Of a DNA stretch of 64,000 nucleotides, positions 38,637-47,598 are shown one piece after another. The notes beneath the pieces are model-generated. The model was given only the letters and a program-made list of their open reading frames with translations. It did not search any database and was not told the DNA's origin. How positions within the stretch are numbered: position 1 is the first letter of the stretch; every line of letters begins with the position of its first letter. Position numbers and translations under genes: made by a program. Source of the stretch: Candidatus Binatia bacterium (GTDB taxonomy: Bacteria; Desulfobacterota; Binatia; UBA12015); NCBI GenBank assembly GCA_046327915.1, contig JAXLXO010000026.1, forward strand, positions 23,069 through 87,068, read 5' to 3'.

Positions 38637-39863
38637 TCACGGCGTCGGGGTCGGCTCTTCGGTCGGCGTCGGATCCGGCGTCGGATCGGGGCTCGGCGTG
38701 GGATCCGGCGTGGGGTCGGGACTCGGTGTCGGATCGGGCGTCGGGTCCGGGCTCGGCGTGGGATCGGGCGTCGGGTCGGGCGACGCCGTGGGATCCGGCG
38801 TCGGAGCCGGCGTCGGATCCGGGCTCGGCGTCGGACCGGGGGTCGCGGTCGGCTCGTCCGTCGGCGTCGGATCGGGTGTCGCGGTCGGCTCGAGCGTGGG
38901 CGTCGGCGCGGGAGATTCGGTCGGATCGTAGGTCGGCGTGACCTCGGGCGTCTGCGTCGGCGACGGAGTGGGCGTCGGCGTCGGGTGGTACGTGATCGTC
39001 GGGGTCGGCGACGGGCTCGGGCTCGGCGTGGGCGACGGCGTCGGGACGAGCGTCGGCACGCTCTCGAGGTAGTGGCCCTGGTTGCCCATGCGGACGCCCA
39101 TCGTCGCGAACTTGCGCCCGCCCGAGTCGAGCACGTCGACGCGACGCACCTCGACGTGGTCGGTGGACAGGATCGCGAGCTGCTTGCCGGGACGTCCGTT
39201 GGGACGCGACTTGCCGCTCTGCACGTCGAACGACACCGTGTCGACCAGCCACGGACCGCCGTTCACGGAATACTCGATCTCGGCGCGGTTGGCGGCGTTG
39301 TTGAGGCGCGAGTTGGTCGCGCGCGAGCGGAGCGCGTCGAAGCCGATGGTCCACTTGCCGCTGCGCGACAGGATGGTGTCGCCGCCGCGCGTGAAGCCGA
39401 CGTCGCTCAGCGTGTCGACCACCCACACCAGCGGCGAGGAGAACACGTCGCGGCCGCGCGCGCCGATGTCGCTGCCGAGGACGGCGTAGGTCTGTCCGTT
39501 GCCGTCGAGGACGCGGACGTTCGAGATCTCGAGCTTGTCCTGGTCGCGCACGCCGAAGGCGAGGCGCCAGACCTCCTTGTCGCTGTCGATCGGGTAGACG
39601 ACGCCGATCGTCGGGACCCCGTTGATGCGGAAGTCCATGCTCAGCTTGCCGTTCTGCGGATGGCCGGGGAAGTCGAGCTCGACCCAGCCGCCGCGGCTCG
39701 GCCGCACGTTCAGGTAGCCGCCGCCGGTGCCGACGACCCGCACGAGGTTCGCCTTGACGTTCGAGCGGTGCGCGCGCGCCGCCGACGGCACGAGAACCAC
39801 GGCCGCGGCGAGCGCGAGCCAGACGAAGCGGCGGCCCAGTCTGCGGCAAGACATCGACCGCAT
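38637..39863 (-). CDS. Secreted protein of unknown function with about 140-aa C-terminal Pro/Thr/Asp-rich tail
   Basis: Signal peptide ([19 protein letters not shown]). About 260-aa beta-rich-looking domain without recognisable motifs. Tail of [15 protein letters not shown] repeats runs to the stop. Confidence 0.6.
   Translation of the reverse strand: MRSMSCRRLGRRFVWLALAAAVVLVPSAARAHRSNVKANLVRVVGTGGGYLNVRPSRGGWVELDFPGHPQNGKLSMDFRINGVPTIGVVYPIDSDKEVWRLAFGVRDQDKLEISNVRVLDGNGQTYAVLGSDIGARGRDVFSSPLVWVVDTLSDVGFTRGGDTILSRSGKWTIGFDALRSRATNSRLNNAANRAEIEYSVNGGPWLVDTVSFDVQSGKSRPNGRPGKQLAILSTDHVEVRRVDVLDSGGRKFATMGVRMGNQGHYLESVPTLVPTPSPTPSPSPSPTPTITYHPTPTPTPSPTQTPEVTPTYDPTESPAPTPTLEPTATPDPTPTDEPTATPGPTPSPDPTPAPTPDPTASPDPTPDPTPSPDPTPDPTPSPDPTPDPTPSPDPTPDPTPTEEPTPTP
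38640..39060 (-). repeat. Coding low-complexity Pro/Thr/Asp repeat tract
   Basis: Reiterated GGATC(G/C)GG(C/T)GT(C/G)GG-type units on the plus strand encode (PDPTPSPD)n in the minus-strand CDS. Confidence 0.7.
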
Positions 39864-39932
39864 GGTTACGTCAGCGGACCGACGCCACGCAACCGAGTTT
39901 TGCGCTCTACGAGGAGCTTGCGCTGGCGGACG

Positions 39933-40832
39933 TCAGCGAGCGCCGTCGCGTTCGGCGCGCCGGCGCTCGGCATCACGATATGCGGTCTCGGCGAACCGTT
40001 CGCCGAATGCGACCTCGCCGGGGCTCCGTCCGTCGACGTGCCCCATGATGCCCTTGTAGAGCCGGTAGCCCAGCAGGCCGAGCACGCGGTCCGGCAGCCG
40101 GGCCGCGACCTCGCGCGGGATGCCGAGGTACGGGTTCTGCTGCTGCCGGACGAAGCCCGGGCAGTACTGCACGTTCACGCCGCAGCGCCACTCGTCGGCC
40201 GTCGTGTTGGCGCCGCCGCCATGCCACAGGCTGCCGTGGAACACCATCACGCTGCCGGCCGGCATCTCGAGCTTGCGCACGTCCACGTCCTCCGGCGCGT
40301 CCGGATCGCCGGGCGCCTGCGGCCACAGGTGCGAGCCCGGCACGTACCACGTGCCGCCGTTGGCCGCGGTGAAGTCGGTGAGCGCCCACATCGACGTGAC
40401 CATCATCGGCGCGTGCGGACGCTTGAGGTGCCGCGACATCACGATGTCGTCGCCGTGCAGCGGCTGCGGATCCTCGCCCGGTCCGATGTCGATCGCGGTC
40501 ATGCCCGAGAGCAGGCAGCCGCGGTCGAGCAGGCGCTCGACGATCGGCAGGATCGACGGGTGCGCCGGCATCTCCGCGAAGATCGGGTCCTTCGCGAGCA
40601 GGTTGTACATGCGGCGCGTGGCCTTGCCCTCGGCCGCGGTGTTGCGCGGCTCGACGCCGAGCTCGCGCTCGAGGCGGCGGATCGCGTCGCGCAGCGCCGC
40701 CGTCAAGTCGGGATCGACCGCGTCGCGGACGACCGTGTAGCCGTCGCGCGCAATGCGCTCGAGATGCGCTTCGAGGCCGTCGTCGTCGGTCGCTGCCGTC
40801 TGCACCGTTCCTCCTCGCGAGAACGCGACCAT
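39933..40832 (-). CDS. Phytanoyl-CoA dioxygenase (PhyH) family Fe(II)/2-oxoglutarate oxygenase
   Basis: 299 aa from ATG 40832. LHGDD (HxD) and FHGSLWHGGGAN facial-triad pattern. Confidence 0.8.
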   Translation of the reverse strand: MVAFSRGGTVQTAATDDDGLEAHLERIARDGYTVVRDAVDPDLTAALRDAIRRLERELGVEPRNTAAEGKATRRMYNLLAKDPIFAEMPAHPSILPIVERLLDRGCLLSGMTAIDIGPGEDPQPLHGDDIVMSRHLKRPHAPMMVTSMWALTDFTAANGGTWYVPGSHLWPQAPGDPDAPEDVDVRKLEMPAGSVMVFHGSLWHGGGANTTADEWRCGVNVQYCPGFVRQQQNPYLGIPREVAARLPDRVLGLLGYRLYKGIMGHVDGRSPGEVAFGERFAETAYRDAERRRAERDGAR

Positions 40833-40934
40833 GCCGCCGCGGCCCGTCCGGCGCAAGCCACGGCGCCGGATCGACGCTCCGGCCGCAGGCACGGGCTCGC
40901 ATCCGCGCGCGCGATCGCGCATGGTGCGAGGTCG

Positions 40935-41636
40935 ATGTCCGAGCCGCTCGATGCTCTCCTCGACAACGCCGTCTGGCACGCGCTGACCGGTCCCCTCGCC
41001 CGCTTCGCGACGGGAACGCCGCCGGCGCTGCGCTTCCCCGACGACGTCGCACCGTTCGGCGCGCTGCCGGACACGGTGAACGACGCGGCGTGGGACGCGG
41101 CGCGCGTGGCCGCAGGACCGGGAGGCATCGCGGTTCTCTTCCGGCATCCGCTCGACGCGCCGCCGGGGTGGGAGGTCGTCGCGCGGATGCCGTGCGCGCA
41201 GATGACGTACGACCGTCCAGCACCGCCCGCCGGCCCGGAGCTCGACGCACCGCCGGTCACGCTCGGCGCGGACGACGCGGCGGAGATGCAGGGACTGGTC
41301 GCGGCGACGCGCCCCGGCCCGTTCGGACCGCGCACGCACCAGCTCGGACGCTATGTCGGCGTGCGCGACGGCGGACGTCTGGTCGCGATGGCGGGCGAGC
41401 GCCTGCGCGTCCCGGGCGCCACCGAGATCAGCGCCGTGTGCACCGATCCCGCGTACCAGCGGCGCGGGCTGGCGGCGGCGCTCGTCCGCGGGCTCGTCGG
41501 CGAGATCCTCTCGCGCGGCGAGCGTCCGTTCCTGCACGTCGCCGACGACAATCACGGCGCACGTCGCGTGTACGAGGCGCTCGGCTTCACGGTGCGCGCA
41601 CGCATCGACGCGCTGATCCTGCGCACGCCGGGCTGA
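40935..41636 (+). CDS. GNAT-family N-acetyltransferase
   Basis: 233 aa. Acetyl-CoA motif VCTDPAYQRRGLAAALV. Confidence 0.75.
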   Translation: MSEPLDALLDNAVWHALTGPLARFATGTPPALRFPDDVAPFGALPDTVNDAAWDAARVAAGPGGIAVLFRHPLDAPPGWEVVARMPCAQMTYDRPAPPAGPELDAPPVTLGADDAAEMQGLVAATRPGPFGPRTHQLGRYVGVRDGGRLVAMAGERLRVPGATEISAVCTDPAYQRRGLAAALVRGLVGEILSRGERPFLHVADDNHGARRVYEALGFTVRARIDALILRTPG

Positions 41637-41726
41637 AGCCGCGGAGTGCGGCTACTGCCGCGCGCCGCTTGACGCGACCGGTTTCCGGCTTGGGTCCGGC
41701 CGATCGTCGATGATAAGCCCGGCGCC

Positions 41727-43133
41727 ATGTCGTCCTCGCTGTCGCGCCGTGCGCTTCTCCGTCTGCTGAGCCTCGGCCCCGTCGCGTCGGCCCTGCCCGC
41801 CTGCGGCGGCGGCGGCGGCGCGAGCGGTGGCGAGGGGAGCGGCGGTGACGCCGGACGCGTGCTGGTGATCGGCGCCGGCGTGTCGGGACTCGCGGCCGCG
41901 AGCGCTCTGCGCGCGGCGGGACGCGAAGTGGTCGTGATCGAGGCGCGCGACCGCATCGGCGGCCGCACCTGGACCACGGACTTCGGCGGCGCGCCGGTCG
42001 ACCTCGGTGCCGCCTGGATGCACAGCACCGACGGCAACCCGGTCGCCGACTTCGCGCGCCGCAACGACATCGGGTGGCGTCCCGCCGAGGTGATCGACGA
42101 GACCATCGCGGCGTACGACCCGCACGAGGGCTTCGTGTCGCTCACCGACCTGGTCGAGTACGTCGCGGCGACACAGAGCGGCTTCGAGGAGTCGGTCGGC
42201 GATCTGCGCAGGGCGCTCGGACCGGGCGCGAGCCTCGCCCCCGCGATCGACCTGTACCTCGATCGCATCGGGCTCTCCGGTGCGCGCCGCCGCTGGGCCG
42301 ACTTCGGCATCCGTCAGGGCATCGTCGAGCTCTTCTACGGCGGCCCCGCCGACCTCACCTCGCTCGACGCGATCTTCGAGGACTCGGAGTTCGAGGGCGG
42401 CAACCAGTTCCCCGACGGCGGCTACACGCGCGTCGTCGCGGCACTCGCGAGCGGGCTCGACGTGCGCACCGGCGAGGTCGTCGAGACCATCCGCCGCGAC
42501 GAGCGCGGCGTCACCGTCGAGACGTCACGCGCGACCCACCGCGGCACGCACGCGATCGTGACGCTGCCGCTCGGCGTGCTGAAGTCGGGCACGATCCGCT
42601 TCGAGCCCGAGCTCCCCGAGCGCAAGAGCAGCGCGATCGCGCGCCTCGACATGGGCAACTTCGAGAAGGTCGTGCTGCGCTTCCCGCGTCCGTTCTGGCT
42701 CGACGCCGGCAACCACACGACGGTCTGGTTCTCGGACACCTACGGCGAGTTCCCGATCCAGTTCGACCTGTCGCGCTTCACCGGACGGTCCGACCTGCTG
42801 TGCTTCTCCGGCGGACGTTTCGCACGCTCGCTGGCCGACCGCAGCGACGACGAGGTCTTCGCGCGCGTGCTCGCGATCCTGCGCGAGGTGCGCGGCGCGT
42901 CGGTCCCCGATCCGGAGCTCGCGGTGCGCACGCGCTGGCTCGCCGATCCGTTCGCGCGCGGCTCGTACTCGTACATTCCGGTCGGCGCGACCCCGGACGA
43001 CATGGTGGCACTCGGCGAGCCCGCGGACGCGCGCCTGCTCTTCGCCGGCGAGGCGACGGTGCCCGCCTACTACGGCACCGTCGCCGCCGCGATGATCTCG
43101 GGCCTCCGCGAAGCGGACCGGCTGCTGTCGTAA
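41727..43133 (+). CDS. Flavin-containing amine oxidase with Tat/lipoprotein-type signal
   Basis: SRRALLRLL...LPACGG signal. VLVIGAGVSGLAAA dinucleotide motif. IGGR. C-terminal LLFAGEAT. Confidence 0.85.
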   Translation: MSSSLSRRALLRLLSLGPVASALPACGGGGGASGGEGSGGDAGRVLVIGAGVSGLAAASALRAAGREVVVIEARDRIGGRTWTTDFGGAPVDLGAAWMHSTDGNPVADFARRNDIGWRPAEVIDETIAAYDPHEGFVSLTDLVEYVAATQSGFEESVGDLRRALGPGASLAPAIDLYLDRIGLSGARRRWADFGIRQGIVELFYGGPADLTSLDAIFEDSEFEGGNQFPDGGYTRVVAALASGLDVRTGEVVETIRRDERGVTVETSRATHRGTHAIVTLPLGVLKSGTIRFEPELPERKSSAIARLDMGNFEKVVLRFPRPFWLDAGNHTTVWFSDTYGEFPIQFDLSRFTGRSDLLCFSGGRFARSLADRSDDEVFARVLAILREVRGASVPDPELAVRTRWLADPFARGSYSYIPVGATPDDMVALGEPADARLLFAGEATVPAYYGTVAAAMISGLREADRLLS

Positions 43134-43155
43134 CGAGGGGGCACGCGCCCCCTCG
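43134..43155. terminator. Perfect 9-bp GC hairpin between convergent genes
   Basis: CGAGGGGGC-ACGC-GCCCCCTCG starts 1 nt after the amine oxidase TAA. No clear U-tract on either strand. Confidence 0.35.
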
Positions 43156-43242
43156 CCCCGTCAAGCAAAGCTCGCCGGGGCCGCACTCCCCGCGCTCGCT
43201 GCGCTCGGCCGCACGCTTCGCGTGCGGAGGCGGTTCACGCGC

Positions 43243-44031
43243 CTACCACAACTGGTCCGTGTACGTGTCGGTGCCGATGACGGTCGGCAGCCAGGGCGAC
43301 GCGAACACGACCTTCGCGAGCCCCGTCGCCTCGACCTGCTTCGCGTAGTCGCGAAAGCGCTGCCAGCCGTTCGCGGCGGCCTCGTCGAGGAACCAGAGCT
43401 GCATGTCGAGGCGGTCGGTGTTCTCGACCTTCGGGATCGCCATCGGCGCCTCGCCCTGCGGGATCGGCGACCACGTCGAGCAGATCGCGGCCGGCGAGCC
43501 CTTCATGAACTTCGGCAGGATCTCGCCGCGCAGCTTCGCGTCGAGCGTCTCCTGCGCGACGCCCTCGTTGCGCAGGACGGCGATCATCGCGAGCCCCGGG
43601 AAGCGATGGTCGAGCGCCAGCGGCAGCGGCACCGGATCGTCGTCGCGGTAGTACGCCCAGTCGACGTTGTACATCAGCGTGTGCACGTGCGTGCGCTCGT
43701 TGAAGCCGCGGTCGTTCTTGTAGAGCCAGTGCGCCTGCGTGTTGCCCCACGCGCGCTGCTCGTCGAGCTTGCCCTCGTGGATCCAGTAGATCGCGACGTA
43801 CGAGCCGGCCTTGACGCTCGGCTTCGCGAGCGGGCTGTCCTCGGGGAAGCGCAGCGCCTTCAGGTCGCGCGTCGCGACCCAGCGCGAGCCGGCGAAGAGC
43901 CACGGTCCGACCATGCAGCCGGCGTAAAAGTGGTCGCGCTCGTACCAGCGATTGTACGCCACCTCGTGTCCGGGCAGCGGATCGACCATCGTGAGCAGCA
44001 TGCTGCCGACCTGGACCGGATAGTCCTTCAT
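43243..44031 (-). CDS. Hypothetical protein (coding-like, family not recognised)
   Basis: 262-aa ORF with strong G/C third-position bias and balanced composition. No motif recognised. Confidence 0.6.
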   Translation of the reverse strand: MKDYPVQVGSMLLTMVDPLPGHEVAYNRWYERDHFYAGCMVGPWLFAGSRWVATRDLKALRFPEDSPLAKPSVKAGSYVAIYWIHEGKLDEQRAWGNTQAHWLYKNDRGFNERTHVHTLMYNVDWAYYRDDDPVPLPLALDHRFPGLAMIAVLRNEGVAQETLDAKLRGEILPKFMKGSPAAICSTWSPIPQGEAPMAIPKVENTDRLDMQLWFLDEAAANGWQRFRDYAKQVEATGLAKVVFASPWLPTVIGTDTYTDQLW

Positions 44032-44071
44032 CTCTTCTCGACCTCTCTCGTTGGATTGACGCCGCGCGCGA

Positions 44072-44713
44072 TCAGCGCAGCATGCGGCGGATGCCCGGGA
44101 TGCCGAACGTCGCCTCGAACGGCGTCGAGGTCTTCTCGTCCACGACGCGGAAGCCGACGCCCTCGTAAGCGCGCTGTGCGGCGGTGTTGCCGATCAGCAC
44201 CGCGATCTGGCTCTGCGCGTGGCCGCGCTCGGCGCCGCGCGCGAGGATCGCCTCGAGCAGCTGCTTCATGATCCCCCTGCCGCGGTATCGAGGCTTCGTC
44301 GCGACCCACTCGACGATCCAGTCCTCCTCCGCGGCCTCGGGAACGCAGGTGAGGAACGGCAGGATGCGCTCCTGCAGGGCACCCGCCTGAAGGTCGGTCC
44401 AGCCGATGGCGCGGAACGCCTCGTTCATCGCCGCGAACAGCAGCTCGCCCGCGGTGACGGACGGGTTCTCGTAGCCCGACAGTCCCGCCGCCGGCTCGCC
44501 GTCGACCTCCGCGATCAGGAAGTTCGACCAGTGGCAGAAGGAGCGCGCGTCCGCGCGGACGATCTTCTCGATCTGCGAGAGGCGCCACGCGTCGGAGCCG
44601 AGGAACACGAGATCCCAGAAGCCGTACGGCAGGTGCGAGCGCGCGGCCTCCTGCTGGACCCACGCGACCAACGGTGCGTCGGACTCGGTCGCGGGGCGGA
44701 TGGTGGTGCTCAT
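44072..44713 (-). CDS. GNAT-family N-acetyltransferase
   Basis: 213 aa from ATG 44713. WVATKPRYRGRGIMKQLLEAIL acetyl-CoA motif. Confidence 0.7.
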   Translation of the reverse strand: MSTTIRPATESDAPLVAWVQQEAARSHLPYGFWDLVFLGSDAWRLSQIEKIVRADARSFCHWSNFLIAEVDGEPAAGLSGYENPSVTAGELLFAAMNEAFRAIGWTDLQAGALQERILPFLTCVPEAAEEDWIVEWVATKPRYRGRGIMKQLLEAILARGAERGHAQSQIAVLIGNTAAQRAYEGVGFRVVDEKTSTPFEATFGIPGIRRMLR

Positions 44714-44792
44714 CCGCGGGATCATGCATGAGGCCGCGCCCGCCGCCAACCGCCCGCCGCCGGACACGACGGCTGGTTTGAACGGCCCCGCG

Positions 44793-45395
44793 TTACTGAA
44801 GGACGCCGAGCAGCGTCGCGTTGTCGCAGTCGGCGATGGCGGGGGCGTCGGCATCGCGTGCCACGAAGTGGTGGGTGTCGTTGAAGCGCACCGCGGCGCC
44901 GTCGAAGAGCGCACACACGCGTACCGAGCCCCACGTGAGCCGGACCGCGACCGCACCCTCGGGCGGGACCAGGTTCAGCAGCGACGACGCGATGCGCAGC
45001 TTCAAGACCGGTCCCGTGCGCAACACGACGGTGCGCACCCCATCCCCGGCTGCCGCCGTAGCGTGGTAGTTGAACACGACGGACTTCGGCGAGACCCGCG
45101 GCGTCAGCCAGCCCCCCGGCAGACGGCCGGGGAGCGCACCACTCGGGACGATGTCGCCCTGGCCGCCACCGAACACCGTGATGCCCAGCCCGGCGAGGGA
45201 CGGGTCATCGGGTCCATCGACGGCCGGTACGGGGATCGCCGGGTCGCGCAGCTCGATCGTGAGCGCACCGCTTCCGGCTTCGTTGTGGCGCAGCGTGAGC
45301 AGCTTGCCGGCAACCGGATAGTCGGTCGCAGAAGCCCGAGCCGCGCTCGCGACAACGGCTGTCGAGAGAACCAAGATCGCAATCCGTCGCGTCAT
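44793..45395 (-). CDS. Exported hypothetical protein
   Basis: Signal peptide MTRRIAILVLSTAVVASAARA. 200 aa. No motif recognised. Confidence 0.55.
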   Translation of the reverse strand: MTRRIAILVLSTAVVASAARASATDYPVAGKLLTLRHNEAGSGALTIELRDPAIPVPAVDGPDDPSLAGLGITVFGGGQGDIVPSGALPGRLPGGWLTPRVSPKSVVFNYHATAAAGDGVRTVVLRTGPVLKLRIASSLLNLVPPEGAVAVRLTWGSVRVCALFDGAAVRFNDTHHFVARDADAPAIADCDNATLLGVLQ

Positions 45396-45501
45396 CGTGC
45401 GCCCCTCCTGGACTTCCGGATTGTCAGAGCGCGCTCCTCGCTGTCAAGAAGATTGTCCCGCGCAGCCGAGAGAGAACGACCGCCGACCCGGCCAGCCGAT
45501 C

Positions 45502-46350
45502 TCAGTCGAGCAGCGCGCCGCTCTCCACCCAGGTCTTCTCCAGACGCTCGAGGCGTCGCATCGCCTGCGACCGCAGCGCGTCGCCGACACCGGCGACGAA
45601 CGCGTTCAGGAGTGCCACGATGCCGACGCTGCTGTCGAACGGACCGGCGGCGTCGGCGGCGACGGTGAAGACGTGCTGCGCACCGTCGGCGAGCGCCGAC
45701 AGCGGACCGTCGCACAGCACGACGGCGCGCGCACCCGTCGCGGCGACGCGCCGCGACGCCGCGACGATCCAGCGCTCGTGGCGCTGCAGGTCGACGAGCA
45801 GCACCACGTCGCCGCGCCGGACGCGTGCCAGCTGGCTCACGACGCGGAACTCCGAGCCACCGATCAGGCGCACGCCATCGCGGATCAAGCCGAGGTCGAC
45901 GGCGAACGAGGTCCCGACCGGCCGGCACTGCTCGCTCGGCAGGACGAACACGTCGCGGCGCAGGTCGGCGAGCAAGGCGACGGTCGCGGCGAAGGCTCGC
46001 GCGTCGACCGCCTCCAGCGTGCGCCGCACGTTGGCGAGCTCGACCTCGAGCACACGGGCGAGCACCGGCGCGGGCGACGCGCCGCGGATGCGCTCCACGG
46101 CCGGACGCAGGCGCTGCGACAGCCCGTCCCGCACGGCCGCCTGCAGTCCGACGAAGCCCGCGAAGCCGAGCCGCGTCGCGAGGCGCAGCACGGTCGGGCC
46201 GCTGGTGCCGGCCCGCGCCGCGACCGACGCGACGGTGCCGAAGGCGACCGCCTCCGGATCGGACGCGACCACGTCGGCGACGCGCCGCTCGCCGGGGCTT
46301 AGTCGCACCGACGCCGCGCGGATCCGTTCCGTAACGTTCATTCCGCTCAT
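45502..46350 (-). CDS. MurR/RpiR-family transcriptional regulator (HTH + SIS domain)
   Basis: 282 aa from ATG 46350. N-terminal HTH (LSPGERRVADVV...TVASVAARAGTSGPTVLRLATRLGF). C-terminal SIS-like domain. Confidence 0.8.
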   Translation of the reverse strand: MSGMNVTERIRAASVRLSPGERRVADVVASDPEAVAFGTVASVAARAGTSGPTVLRLATRLGFAGFVGLQAAVRDGLSQRLRPAVERIRGASPAPVLARVLEVELANVRRTLEAVDARAFAATVALLADLRRDVFVLPSEQCRPVGTSFAVDLGLIRDGVRLIGGSEFRVVSQLARVRRGDVVLLVDLQRHERWIVAASRRVAATGARAVVLCDGPLSALADGAQHVFTVAADAAGPFDSSVGIVALLNAFVAGVGDALRSQAMRRLERLEKTWVESGALLD

Positions 46351-46422
46351 GTCGCTTGACTGGAACGCACGATACGATAGCTTTCGGCGCGCGGCAAACG
46401 GATCGGTGCCGCGAACTCCCGC

Positions 46423-47598
46423 ATGTCCGCCACGCCGACCATCGAACGCATCGAGCTCCACGCGCTGCACGTGCCGTTTCACGCCGCCGTGCGCGAGACC
46501 ATGGCGGCCGCCGCGGGCGGGCTCGGCATGGCGATCGCCGCCGAGGAGCCGTGGACCGGCGGCGACTTCGTGATCGCGCGGCTGGTCGCCGACGACGGCA
46601 GCGAAGGACTCGGCGAGGCGTTCGTGTGGCTGCCCGAGACCGGTGTCTCGCCCGCGCAGATCGTCGACGCGGTGCAGGGGGCGCTCGGCCGCTACGTGCT
46701 CGGCGCTTCGCCGTTCGCGGTCGGCGCGCTGCGCGACCGCATGGACGCCAACGTCGCGCGCAGCGAGGTCGCGAAGGGCCTGCTCGACATGGCGTGCTGG
46801 GACCTCATGGGCCGCATCGCGGGACGGCGTGCGTGCGACCTGATGGGCGGTGCGGCCGCGGACGAGCTGCCGCTCGCGGCGCTGATCCCGCTCGCGGGTC
46901 CGCAGTTCATGGTCGATCTCGCGCTCGCGTTCCGGCGCGGCGGCACCGCGAGCTTCCGGCTGAAGCTCGGCGAGAGCATCGTCCGCGACCGCGAGATCGT
47001 GGCGCTCGCGCGCGAGGCGCTGGGCGCCGACGCGCGACTCCGCGTCGACTACAACCAGGCCTACACCGCCGACGAGGCGGTGCGCGCGATCGACGCGATC
47101 GCCCCGTACGGCATCGATTGCGCCGAGCAGCCGGTGCGTGCCGACGACTGGCTCGGCATGGCGCGCGTGCAGCGCGCGATGAAGGTCCCGCTGATGGCGC
47201 ACGAGGGCTGCTTCTCGCTCACCGACGTGACGGCCCTGGTCGAGCTCGGCGCGATCGGCGTGCTCGGCGTGAACGGCGAGCGCCCCGGCGGCATCACGCA
47301 CGCGCTGCGCGCGATCGACTACTGCGCCCGGCGCGGCATGGGCACCGTGCTGCACAACCAGCCGCTCGGCATCGGCTCGGCGGCGCAGATCCACCTCGGC
47401 GCGGCGCGCGCGTCCGTGCTCGGTCACGCGATGGAGCTCTTCGGGCATGTCATGCTCGAGGACGACCTCGTCACGACGGCGATCGACTACTCCGGCGGGC
47501 GCGTGCGCGTGCCGGACGCGCCCGGCTTCGGCGTGACGCTCGACGAGGCGGCGCTCGAGCGCTACCGCGTCGCGGCGCCGGTGGTGCTGCGGCGATGA
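46423..47598 (+). CDS. Enolase-superfamily enzyme (mandelate racemase/muconate lactonizing/dipeptide-epimerase-like)
   Basis: 391 aa. N-terminal capping domain. FRLKLG...LRVDYNQAYT...CAEQP barrel metal-ligand pattern. Confidence 0.85.
   Translation: MSATPTIERIELHALHVPFHAAVRETMAAAAGGLGMAIAAEEPWTGGDFVIARLVADDGSEGLGEAFVWLPETGVSPAQIVDAVQGALGRYVLGASPFAVGALRDRMDANVARSEVAKGLLDMACWDLMGRIAGRRACDLMGGAAADELPLAALIPLAGPQFMVDLALAFRRGGTASFRLKLGESIVRDREIVALAREALGADARLRVDYNQAYTADEAVRAIDAIAPYGIDCAEQPVRADDWLGMARVQRAMKVPLMAHEGCFSLTDVTALVELGAIGVLGVNGERPGGITHALRAIDYCARRGMGTVLHNQPLGIGSAAQIHLGAARASVLGHAMELFGHVMLEDDLVTTAIDYSGGRVRVPDAPGFGVTLDEAALERYRVAAPVVLRR

Noticed and set aside
38640-39060. Possible CRISPR or non-coding tandem repeat
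   Set aside because: The repeats are short and degenerate, and they lie in frame within a CDS encoding a Pro/Thr/Asp tract.
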